54,807 nucleotides of DNA, from contig NW_027192197.1 of NCBI RefSeq assembly GCF_041956535.1, positions 8,193 through 62,999 on the forward strand, in the 5' to 3' direction. Shown here piece by piece: positions 1-10,602 of the stretch. Numbering within the stretch: position 1 is the stretch's first letter; the number at the start of each line of letters is the position of its first letter. The notes under the pieces were generated by a model. The model ran no database searches. It saw nothing but the letters and a program-made list of their open reading frames with translations, and was not told the origin of the DNA. The position numbers and the translations under genes were made by a program. Source of the DNA: Calcarisporiella thermophila CBS 279.70. Taxonomy: Eukaryota; Fungi; Calcarisporiellomycota.

Positions 1-259
1 CACTTACTCTTAGTTTGTGGCTGCTGTCCACATGTTCAGAAATTGAGTCTTCATTATTGAAAAGATCGCTCCTACGAAAAGTACAAAGCTTACATCGGTT
101 TCACGTACAGGCTATTCACGACAACTACGATACACGCATATCGATTGAACGCCTATCTATCAAGGACCTATATCTCGTCATGTTAAGTCCATTGACATTA
201 ACTTCATGTAATATATGGAAATTAAATAAAATGTTTCCATTGATTGATCAAAAAAAAAA
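1..259 (+). mobile_element. tRNA-derived SINE family 1, copy a (5' end cut by window edge), poly(A) 250-259
   Basis: Colinear and highly similar to the body and tail of the full copy at 3448-3798; ends AATAAAATGTTTCCATTGATTGATC-(A)10. Confidence 0.85.
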
Positions 260-275
260 GCTTGGTTTTGGTGGC

Positions 276-859
276 CTTGGAGTGAGAGCCCACGAGTCAA
301 CCAAGGAAGACAGACTATTTGGAACAGACTACAAAACCATGGGCTACCAACGGGAAGTAGTGTCAACGGTCCATGATGCAGCAATTTGGATCATCTATCG
401 ATCAAGATTATCGATGATAATGGATAACGCACAACCAAGTGAAATAGCGCTCGCTGAACAACTAGGTCACGAAATGCAAAAAATCGTGAGGTCCAAATGG
501 TGATCAGCGTCCATAAAGGATAAGAAAGAAGATTTCCAAGAGCTTTGGTGTAAGGGAAGTTGGATACAAGTCCAAGGAGACGAAATATCCTTCAACCAAA
601 ACACTTAGCTCCAATACGACCTTGCCGAATACCCTACCACCCGCATTCTAGTTTTCCTTCTTTTTTTTTTCTTTCTATATTAGTCCATATTCTTTTCCTC
701 TCTTGTAATACCGTCCTTGAAAAATAGGATGGTATTCATACGATCAACCACTACTTACATGTATTTCTCCTGACAATTTTTTTTTTGAGAGTATTTCTCA
801 CGACAAGACACTATACTAACTTAAAAGGATACTTTTCAATAAAGATCCAAAAAAAAAAA
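276..859 (+). mobile_element. 5'-truncated L1/Tx1-type non-LTR retrotransposon, family A (ORF2 C-terminus + 3' UTR)
   Basis: Encodes HESTKEDRLFG..HDAAIWIIYRSR..KW, a typical ORF2 tail after the zf-RVT motif; poly(A) 849-859; 14-bp TSD TTGGTTTTGGTGGC at 262-275 and 860-873. Confidence 0.85.
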
Positions 860-1220
860 TTGGTTTTGGTGGCTTATTTTTCTTTTACACTTCTTTAAGT
901 TCTTGGGATGGTTTTATTAGTATATTTATTAGCTTACGGTTACGGTTAACATATTTTTCCTTGATTACCTCATTATATTTTTATTATCTTGTTTATATTT
1001 ATGTTTGTGGTACGTTATCTTTAGTATAAAAGGGAAACATCTTTGTTTACAATAAAAGTGTGCTATTTTGTTTTGGGATAGAACCGGATTACTTTACAAT
1101 CCACTCTGTGTCGTTTATTGGCCTTCTGAAGTGTTTACGGAAGGACAATCAAGAGCTTAGGGATAGCTAGAGGATTGTCAGGATAGACCTTATTAGTCTA
1201 TTACTCGACGCAACAAATGC
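860..1220 (+). repeat. AT-rich non-coding repeat R; inverted copy at ~52648-53025
   Basis: Near-identical to the reverse complement of 52648-53025 (e.g. TTTAGTATAAAAGGGAAACATCTTTGTTTACAATAAAAGTGTGC in both). Confidence 0.9.
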
Positions 1221-1283
1221 TACGGGAATGACGGGATTTCTTATAGACAGTCTTAACTGCGCCATAAAAAAAATACTTTTTTT

Positions 1284-1589
1284 CGTAAAAGGCACGAAAA
1301 AGACGAGAGATAGAGCTATTCCGAAGAAGGTGGTGCAGTCGGGGAGCGGTAATAGAAAGTTCGGATAGAGCAAGACTAAAACTGGAGTGACGAAGCAACC
1401 CTTCCTCTCTCCCAATCCGCTCTTTCCCTCCTCCCCTCCTCTTTACTTCATACCTTTCACCAAATACCCGATTACTATATACATCTAATTTACCCTTTAT
1501 TCCCCCCTTTCTTATTTCATTGTAATCATTAAACTCTTGTAAGCTACGGAAACTAATAAAAGTCTCCGTTGATTGATCAAAAAAAAAAA
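1284..1589 (+). mobile_element. Short 3' fragment of non-LTR retrotransposon family E (tail partner of SINE1)
   Basis: Reads KARKRREIELFRRRWCSRGAV..*, homologous to the end of ORF 1667-2272; poly(A) 1579-1589; TSD TACTTTTTTT at 1274-1283 and 1590-1599. Confidence 0.8.
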
Positions 1590-1601
1590 TACTTTTTTTA
1601 C

Positions 1602-2551
1602 TCGTAGAATACTCCACCCGACAAGGACGTCACTTCCGGCGCAACGGCTCTCTAGAGCCGAACATATTGGTGCCTCAATCCTGGCCAGAGGCTGGATCTA
1701 CACCCGAGGATTGGAAGAAAATCTGGACTTCCGTCCACAAACGACCCACCCTCCCAAAACACCGTGCGCTACGCTGGCGGATTCTTGTGGAACGAGTGAC
1801 CACTAACTCGACATTTCCTGGTCACGACCCGAAGTGCACCCGATGTAACGCCTCGAGAGACACAATTCGGCATACTTTCTTCGAATGTCCTGAACTCACA
1901 CCAGTGTGGCAATGGGCGGAGAGGTGCATCGTCACCATCACAGGCCCTCGGAATACTCCAGTGCTGACTGCTCGCAACCTCATACTAGGAGACCTCACGG
2001 AATCCTCGAGAACAGCGAGACACGTAGCCCGAATTACTTTTGACTCGGTGTTGTGGCAAATCCACCGAGATCGGATCGCCTTTCATTTCGAAAGCACCCG
2101 AGCCTCACCCGAAATAATCATCAACCAGGCCAAACTAGATATTGAGGAAGTGATAGGAGCCGAACTAATCCGAGTACGAAAAACCCGGCAAATCGAACAG
2201 TTTCGAAGAAGGTGGTGTAAGCTGGGTGCGGTTAGAGAAGGAGCGATCGGAGCGGCACTGATACTGGGATAACGCAGTAACCCCTACCTTATCCTCTTCC
2301 TATCCTCTGCTTCCATTTGTTTACTACCCACCCCACTTCTAATGTTATCCTTTGATATCCACAGTTAGTTGAGTTTCACCATCCCTTACCTATTTGAGCT
2401 GAAAGTCGATATGACCAACATATCATTTGGATCTACGATATCACCCAAAGCTTTAACTTTGGCTTCCCTTTCACTTTATTGCTTATAATAATGTAACAAT
2501 TGTATTTTAGAGTCTTCCTATACAATAAAGACTCGGCATTGATAAAAAAAA
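1602..2551 (+). mobile_element. 5'-truncated L1/Tx1-type element, family D, with zf-RVT ORF2 C-terminus (ORF 1667-2272)
   Basis: W..IW...RWRIL...CTRC-X6-IRHTFFECP...VWQW...LWQIHRDR: zinc-finger/cysteine region of L1/Tx1-clade ORF2; poly(A) 2544-2551; TSD TACTTTTTTTAC at 1590-1601 and 2552-2563. Confidence 0.9.
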
Positions 2552-2570
2552 TACTTTTTTTACCAATTTA

Positions 2571-3040
2571 ACCTGCAAGAATTCCTAGCTTCCCAGAAGA
2601 ACATGAAGTTCGACTTCAGTCCTACTAAATCGCCCACGCGCATCAATCATCCAACACGGAAAACTATCTCTAAGCCAAAAAGCTCCTCAAAGGCCAAGAG
2701 CCCCCCTAAAACTAAGGCGAAAGCTGCCAGAAGTCCCAACGGAACATGAAGCTTAGATATATATTACAACGACAGTAAATGTCACTCTCTTTCAGCACCT
2801 TTGCTTTCTGCTTATCAAACGATATGCGAGAGTAAAGAAAAATTTTCTATCTACATTTTACTATCTTACATACTCAACCATACAAATCAACCAACTCTAA
2901 CAATCTATCTACCTTCTTCTCACTTGTAAACCACTTTAAGGTAGGCTGGGGGCAGTACCCAGGTGATTTTGACGTAGAAATTACCCTACCGTTTTAACTG
3001 TATAGGATACTTTTCAATAAAGGTCCTTTGTTAAAAAAAA
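2571..3040 (+). mobile_element. Retroposon family C: basic K/S/P-rich ORF end (2573-2749) joined to a family-B-type tail (possible ORF1-only element)
   Basis: Poly(A) 3033-3040; TSD ACTTTTTTTACCAATTTA at 2553-2570 and 3040-3057; second copy on - at 53324-53581. Confidence 0.8.
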
Positions 3041-3447
3041 CTTTTTTTACCAATTTATGCACTACGCTAAACTTTAATCCTAGATATCCTAATTCCTTTG
3101 AAATTGCTTTTCTTTTCAATGCTTTTAATTGAGATTGCTTTGCGTTATCTTGTTATAATTCTATTGGTATGTAAGGTTGAGATTTTCCTTTATTGTAGTT
3201 TTATTGTTATATAAGGGGAGGACTTTATTTATCATGGAAAGGAAGGCGGATTAGTTTTTGAATATCGAGTAATAGTTTTGAAATTTATTGTCTCATTTTC
3301 TTTTAATAAAAAAATTTTTCTTTTGTTTCCTTACGTACAAATCTTCACGGTATACCCCTAAATTCACGTAACAGTAAACTGTTGGTCATTCTTCCTATTC
3401 CTTTTATTTTTGGTTTTTGCGTCCTTTAGGATATTTTTTTTTGGCCC

Positions 3448-3798
3448 GGGGGAGAGATAGTGTAGTGGACTATCCTTGGTATGCCGATGAGAACGGCGTG
3501 GTTTCGAATCCACTTCCCCCACCAGTACTTACTCTTAGTTTGTGGCTTCTGTCCACTTGATCAAAAATTGGGACATCATTATTGCAAAGATCGCTCCTAC
3601 GAAAAAGTAAAAAGATTACATCGATTTCACGCACATGCTATTCACGACAACAACGACACACACATATCGATTACACGCATATCGATTGCACGCATATTGA
3701 TCAAAGACCTATATCTCGTTATGTTAAGTTCATTGACATTAACTTCATGTAATATACGGAAATTAAATAAAAAGTTTCCATTGATTGAGCAAAAAAAA
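3448..3798 (+). mobile_element. tRNA-derived SINE family 1, full-length copy b
   Basis: tRNA-like head 3448-3524 with A box (TAGTGTAGTGG), B box (GGTTTCGAATCC) and encoded CCA; body; LINE-like tail; poly(A) 3791-3798; imperfect TSD AGGATAT..TTTGGCCC at 3428-3447 and 3800-3815. Confidence 0.88.
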
Positions 3799-3822
3799 GA
3801 GGATATCTTTGGCCCTTTCTTC

Positions 3823-4757
3823 CTAATCCCCCTTGTCGGTAACAAACACAATTTTCCTTTAACAAAATGTTCTATTGCAGGGATTGAGGCCACCGCTTAC
3901 ACCACCCAAGCAAAAGGTGTTCCCTAGGAATACCCAAAACAACTGCCCAGCTATCGCACAACTTTGGCAAAGGGTTGACGAGATAAACAGCCGAATAATT
4001 GGTATACCGCCACACGAATCCACGAGAGAAGACAGACTCTTTGGACGAGACAAACAAATAGACCAACGCTTCACCGAAGGGGTTGCTCTGAGCCACGACA
4101 TAGCCTTGTGGATGATATACCACTCAAGACTTGAATTAGTGCTGGACGATGTTCAACCCAACCCGGTAGCCATAACCAAGCAATTTGACCACGAACTACA
4201 GCGAGGAGTAAAGTCCAAGTGGTGGTTGGCATTGAAACAGGATCGGAAAAAAGACTTCATCGATAAATGGTCAAAGGGAATATCATAGATAATTCCGTGG
4301 TTTTTACCCAGGACACCTCTGAAGATCAAATCCCAGTCCTACCTCCGGCTTGAGAACCGCACCTAACCTCTCACTGCTGTATTTTAATACCATTTCCTTT
4401 ATCTCGCTTTTCCCTTTTTTTTCTTTCACTTTTTTAAATTTTCTTTTTCTTCATTATTTCATGTACTTAAGCAACTTATCTTAATACCGTTACACACAAC
4501 TTTTTATATCCCCCCCTCTTACAGTTATTCCTTTCCCCTTTTTTATTAAGCTAATATCTGTTTCCCTACTTTCCAAGCTCTTTCCTCTTCACCTTTTCTC
4601 TCTTCCTCTCACACATATACCTTTAGTTTCTTCCTTTCCCTTTTAACTTCCAGATCCTTCAAGGTAGGCCAGGAGTATTACCTGGATGATTTTGACGTAG
4701 AAGCCACCCTACCTTTTTAACAGGATAGGATATTTTTCAATGAAGGTCCTTTGTTAA
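3823..4757 (+). mobile_element. 5'-truncated L1/Tx1-type element, family B
   Basis: ORF 3875-4288 NCPAIAQLWQ..HESTREDRLFG..HDIALWMIYHSR..KWW; pyrimidine-rich 3' UTR; TSD TTTGGCCCTTTCTTC at 3808-3822 and 4762-4776; sister copy on - at 53596-54442. Confidence 0.88.
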
Positions 4758-5351
4758 TTTTTTTGGCCCTTTCTTCACTCCTATTTCATTATTCAAACAT
4801 ATCATATAGATTGGTGAAAGACAACTTAATTTAGAATAGAATAATGCTTTAGAGGTCAAAAATGTGAGTTTTTTGTTTAAAATATCATGTCCAGTGCATG
4901 CGAGCCCAAATATAAGCCCGCGTCCGGCCTCAGTCTCTAGGGCTAAAGACGCTATGAGAGTGCCAATATTAATGACTCAACACGGTGAAGATCATACCAG
5001 GTACGTTTCGCACCAAAACGAGGCCTTTCCGAGAGCTCCAATCCATTTTCACGTTTTCACTTTGGATTCAACACCATTTTCATCTTTTTCTTCAATAGTA
5101 GAGGTAAGAAAAAGAAAAATTAAACATGAAAACAAGGAATACCCTGACTATGCAATAAAAACAAAATAAAGGGTAAAAACCAAAAAAAAATTTAAACACA
5201 TGAAAAATTTCAAAAAGATAAAAAGAAAAAACCGGAAGAAGAAAAAAAAAAATAAAATAAAAACACATGCGTTCACAGAAGGGGGGAAAAAAATAATACA
5301 ATTAATAACAATAGTGAAAAAAAAAACGATTTTACACCTCAAATATGCCTG

Positions 5352-7631
5352 TTATTGCCCTTCTTGCTGTATCTGTTGCTGGTGCGGCTCCCGCTGTTGT
5401 TGCGCCTGCTGTGAGTGCACATGGTGCTGGTGTGCAACAGAGTTCGGGTCGACGACCCACGGCCGTGCTTTCGGATCGCTGGCGTAGTAAGTGCAGGCAA
5501 AGCGGTATACTCCAAGCGGCATATTGAGATCCTCGCGTTTCGCTCGCTCAACTCGTGCCTTGTCCTTCAGCTGTATATTGGTGCGCCTGGCCAAACGTCC
5601 GGTGCCATTGGGGCCATGGATTTTCAGAATGTCAACCCAATGCGGGCCTTGGACTCGATCGAGTCCATCCTCAAGGGCATGAATCTCATCGGCCGTCCAG
5701 AACTCGGCAGCCTTACGCTTCTTGCGCTGCTCCCGCTTGCGCCGTATGGGACTCGGTCCTCCCAGCGGGACAGAGGCGCCAGGAGACCCCACCGCAAGCA
5801 GTCCACCGTCGGGTGCCGGTGGCTGGGTGTTTCCCGTTGCCGAGTCGATGTCGCCCACCGCGACAGCATTCGAGTGCACATCTACAGAGCTTTCCTCGCG
5901 TGGCCGCGCAGAGCCCCTCGAGGTCCCCTCCCCGCCGTCCTCATCAAAGAACTCTGTTCCATTTCCGATGTCTCGGTCCGACCGGCGTCTTCGCCCAATG
6001 CTCTTGCGCCGTCGACGGTGTATGATTGGCGAAGGCGATTGCTGGTGTGGTGAGACTTGAGCTGTCTGTGGCTGTTGTTGCTGATCATTTGTCATCGCAT
6101 GGAGTTGGATCAGATGGGAGAGGGGGATCGGGTCAAGGGTAGCGATTTGTTGCGCGAGTTCTGAGTGGCCCAGTTGCTTGAACTGGTGAATGAACTGCGC
6201 CGCTTGCTCGGCGGTGAGTGCATTGACTCTGGAAAATAGCGGAGAAGCACAGGGGAAGGAGAGAAGAGGAAAAATGCATTAGTTGTGTGTAGAATGCGGA
6301 GGAGAGTGCGTGGCTGCGCCATCGCAGAGTACACTTACTCCTGCTGAACATTGCCATTGAGCGATGAAATGGAGAGTTGGGGCGGCTCCTTGCTCTCCAA
6401 TACCCTTGCCAAGGAGGGGCCCATTAGCCAGGGTTCTCCATGAATGAGGACGGCGCGCAAACTCTCTTGCATCTGAGCATCCCATGGATATGCGTTTCGA
6501 ACTCTAGATATCGTCAAACCTAGTATTTCCTTCTTCCTCTCATGGCACATTTCCAATAATCGTTTTGCATGCTCATTCAAATAGATAGAAGAGTGTTCAT
6601 CGCGCCCAAGTAAGGTGCGCACCGAGTCGGGGAAAAACCCCACACAATCCTCCTCGGTTATATCCTCAGACGAGTCGGTGCTATGCATGCAGGTTGCCGC
6701 CTAGAGGTGAAAAAAAAAGGGAAGGAATTCAACGCAAACCCTCCTCAAAAACACTCAGTTTTCTTGCCCAACGTTTACCCAAGTTTTAAGGTGCAAAACC
6801 ACGTTGTCCCATATATCCAAGTCCCATACCGCCTCAGGCGCCAGTCTAACAAGCATGTTCGCCGCCCATGCCAGTTGCTTTGCACTAATGTGGTTTGGAT
6901 CATCAAGTAGGCTGCCCCACACCATGGCAAGATTGGTGCGGAGCATTGGGACACGCGCTTCCGCCTCAAGCTCCCCATCAAAATTCCCTTCTGCAATTAG
7001 GATTTCAATAGGGTAATGATTCATTTTAAAATCTATGAAAAGAAATTGTGTCATTGCGATTCAACATGGCAAGTATACACCATCAGATCGGATCGGATAG
7101 GTATAGCTTACTTTCAAAATCCTTCCACGCTTTCATCCTTCTAAGCTTAACCAGCTCCCATGCCATGCGCTCCTCCTCTCCTTCCGTCCCTTGTCCCGAG
7201 TGATTCATTCTCCGGGTCTCTTGTATTAGTGTTGATAACGCCATATGCGCGTGATAATCGAGAAGCCGTAGATTGGCTCGCCTCGTCTCCATGGGCTCAC
7301 TCCGATCGTACGCGAACCAATCATTGGTTTCGCCCCCACTCCCCCCACCATCAGGGCCGCGCTCCTCTGTCCTGGAATCTGTATCCACGACCAAGAGCAG
7401 ATCTTGCTGTGGATTGCCCGATGCCGATGGTGGCGACTGCTGTATCATTCCGCTAAGCCCCGGTTGGTTATGCAGTGTGGTGGTGGCTGGTGCGGTGGGA
7501 TCTTCGGAGGTGGTCAAGGTGTGCTGACGAGGAGAAGTTTGAGACTCAGGAGGCTGTGAGGAAGAGGGTGACATATTAGACTTAGAAAATGAGTCGATGC
7601 GGGGTTGACGAGACTTTGGCATCTCGAGCAT
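5352..7631 (-). CDS. TBF1: Tbf1/TRF-like telomeric repeat-binding factor with C-terminal telobox Myb domain (4 exons: 7631-7112, 7032-6779, 6700-6339, 6228-5352)
   Basis: WTADEIHALEDGLDRVQGPHWVDILKIHGPNG..RTNIQLKDKAR matches the fungal Tbf1 Myb domain; four ORF pieces join in frame across GT..AG introns. Confidence 0.8.
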
Positions 7632-7883
7632 GGATAGGAAAAAAAAACTTTTTCTCTGCCCTCACCGATTTGGAAGTATCGATCGACAAGTGAGAGATTG
7701 AGAAGGGGAGAGTGACGATGCAATCAATAGCTAAAGCGTATAATGGCGGACAGCGTTCGAGACCGCTATGCGTGATTGAATATTCTAATGGATCTGTGAT
7801 AAATTAGGGGTACCCAGCTGCTTATGGCAACGTTCAGCTTCTCATCGAGATGGAAGGGTGCTAACCAAGAGGGGACGACGCTT

Positions 7884-7931
7884 CTAGGTTAGGTTTTTCT
7901 CCAACATTCCAAGCCAAAGCGTATGACGTCA
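7884..7931. promoter_or_regulatory. Divergent promoter with telobox-like CTAGGTTAGGTTT (7884-7896) and perfect CRE palindrome TGACGTCA (7924-7931)
   Basis: Motifs seen directly between divergent start codons at 7631 and 8008; function inferred. Confidence 0.4.
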
Positions 7932-8007
7932 CGCTGGGAGTTCAATTGCTTCGATATTTTTTTAACACCTCGGTAAAGCTGTTTTTCTTCATTCGCACAT
8001 CTCTATT

Positions 8008-8295
8008 ATGACGGAAACTGTATATAGCTCCTCCAACGCTGCCGAAGTAGAGCGGCTGGAACGCTTTGTGCGTGAAGACACGGCTGCCGAGTACGTGATC
8101 GACCCCCAGTTTACTCCAAACCCAAACGAGAAAAATAAGGGAGAGGTGTGCAGAAGGTTAAGCAATGGCCAAACGCGATGCCTCCGCATGGAGCTAGACC
8201 CGAGAGAGATGTTTTCACAAATGCAGCGTCTCGGCTTCTTTTGCGCTCTTCCATTAGATCCCTCGCAAACCCATATGGAATGTCGACGGGTTTAG
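8008..8295 (+). CDS. Small 95-aa intronless protein of unknown function (4 Cys)
   Basis: Clean ATG-stop ORF with coding-like composition, flanked by AT-rich UTR-like sequence. Confidence 0.7.
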   Translation: MTETVYSSSNAAEVERLERFVREDTAAEYVIDPQFTPNPNEKNKGEVCRRLSNGQTRCLRMELDPREMFSQMQRLGFFCALPLDPSQTHMECRRV

Positions 8296-8610
8296 ATCGC
8301 TTTTGTTTTACATTTTATCCCCTTAAAATGCTTTATTTTTTTTTTCTTTTTTACAAATGTAAATTTCAACCATTCTTTTTCCTTCGATCAACTTATTTAT
8401 TCTTGCGCACTTACCTTCGAAACCCAGAACTTTTTTTTGATGTGAGTGTTTTTCTTTTTTAATCTCGGACCAAAAAATTAGGAGGCACCTCTATTTCTCA
8501 AAGGGTGGGATGAATATGCGAATATACGGTTTTTGATCGAAGATAAATGTCCAAACGTTTTATTTTAAAAGTACACTAGAGCAAAGAAGCCCGGTCTGAA
8601 AGACGAAAGC

Positions 8611-10583
8611 TCATTTTAGCATCTCGCTCACTTTCGCTTTGAGGAGCTCCCGCACTTCCGTCAACTCAACCCCCGTCTCTAGACGCAACCAATGCCCCCC
8701 CATATTTTCCATTAGGCTCAATTTGCACCATTGTGGTACAATATCTGCCAGCATCTTGATGTGTTCGACCACCTCCGCTTCAGATTGGAAAGAATAAATA
8801 AATAAACACAAAAATTACGTATTAGCCCTGCTAGACCAGAAATATGGGGTTGGGGGGGGGTGCTTAGCCGGCCTTACCTTCCGAGAGCGGCAAGCTCTGG
8901 CTTTCGGATATCTTATTCGCAACATATCGAAGCCCAATCGCACTCTTCCGGTGAGAGGCGAAAATGTAAGCGATGGAGTCGGCCATCGCTGGGAGCCGAG
9001 AGACCATCGCGCGCTTCCTCACCTCCTCCGTGGAGGTTGCAAACATGGACTGCTCGTGCTTGCGGCGCTCTTTCTCACGGATGCGCTCGAGAAGCGCCGA
9101 GGCCCGAGAGCGCGTGCTGGTCGATGGCTTCTCTCCGCCCCTTTCTGCCGCCGTCTTCTCCGTCACCTTGGTCGCCTGCGCCACCTTCGCCTCCTGCTGG
9201 TGTGTTCCTAGCCCCTCCCGAGGTTTGTCCGAGACTGGTCCTTCTTCACCCTTGATGGTCTCCCTGAGCACCCTTTCAACTCTCGCTGGCAACTCTCCCC
9301 CGCCCCCGACTACATCCTCGAGGCCAACGCGCGCCTTCTCCACGCTGGGCAGGCGTGCTGCCGCGATATCCTGAACGCGCTCCAAGTCAAACCGGGGGTG
9401 CCATCTTTGCATTGACATTCTTCTGCTCTCGGCTTTCCAGCGGACAAGCTCCGACTTGGTGAAATGTCTCTCGAGAAATGCATCGTGCTCCTTCCACACC
9501 CTTGCTATTAGCCGGTCCCTTAGGGTTTGTAATCTTCCCTCCACCTGGTGGCTTGAGATCGCCAGCCTCACGCTCGTGCTAGACACCTCACGCTCGCTGC
9601 CCTCGCGCTCTCCTGCATCGGTTGGGATGTCAATAGTGATCGAGTTGACGCGCTTTCCATGAAGTACTATTTGCACGGCACAGAAGACAAATGCCTCAGG
9701 ATAGATGCTCTTGATGCGGGCGATATCCTCCAGCTCCACGTTCCTATGTATTTGGGCAATTTGAGTTTTAATGCGGGTTCCATCACACTCAGCTGACTAA
9801 AACACCATACCGTCGGCACATGTTCTCTATATTCTTCTTGATCTGGTGGAACACCACCGTCTTGTGCTGTGCACGCAGGAAAAAGACGTTCTGCTGGAGA
9901 GCATCGAACACCCGTAGAAGACGCTCATACTTGCGAGGAAGGGGGAGCTGGGACCTTATGGAGGCGGGCAAGTCGGGTGTGTTGGGTATTGCGGGGGCGG
10001 GAGATGCTGGATCAGTTGCTGAGAGAGAAGTGGATTTCGATTGGGATGCGGGATGTTGTTCGAATGAAGAGGATTGGAGGACTGGCGAGTTATGAGAAAT
10101 GATGGAAGCGTGGAGAGTTGAGTCTGCTTCTGCAGCCAACGGGATTTCTTGTTCTGATTCTATTTGCTTTTCTAATGCGGGATTTCTCCTGTCCTCTTCG
10201 GATAAATCATTTGTCTGCTCATCGCTATTATTCTCGTTACTGATTTGGGATTCGTCAGCTTTTTCCGGCTTCGACTCCTCTTTCTTGCGCTCCTAAAAAT
10301 TTCCGGTCCATCAATCCTACATCGGTGCCAAAAAAAAAGTGAGCCGCTTCACCCACCTCTACCTCTTCCTTGCCTCTTTCAACTCGACATCGTCTGGTTC
10401 TCTTTGCGATTGGTTCCCGAAATTCTGCCGCACGCTTCGGGGCCTATCCATGGCAACATTAGCAAATACTCTGGGTCAACTTCTTCTCCAAGCGGCAATC
10501 AATGAAAAGCATTAGACTACCTTGGTGGCATTGCTGAGGCCCTTGCTCTTCGAGACTGGCAAGAAAGCTTTGATTCCATCCAT
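8611..10583 (-). CDS. CDT1: DNA replication licensing factor Cdt1 (multi-exon)
   Basis: LPLPRKYERLLRVFDAL..F.QIKKNIENMCRR..LEDIARIKSIYPEAF and RWHPRFDLERVQDI (Cdt1 geminin-binding domain); C-terminal winged-helix piece EHIKMLADIVPQWC. Confidence 0.88.
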
Positions 10584-10602
10584 TAAATAGTATAGGTATA
10601 AA

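Noticed and set aside
15-503. ORFs 15-503, 3481-3927 and 51496-51753 as protein genes
   Set aside because: They are chance frames running through SINE bodies, some fused to LINE fragments across poly(A) junctions.
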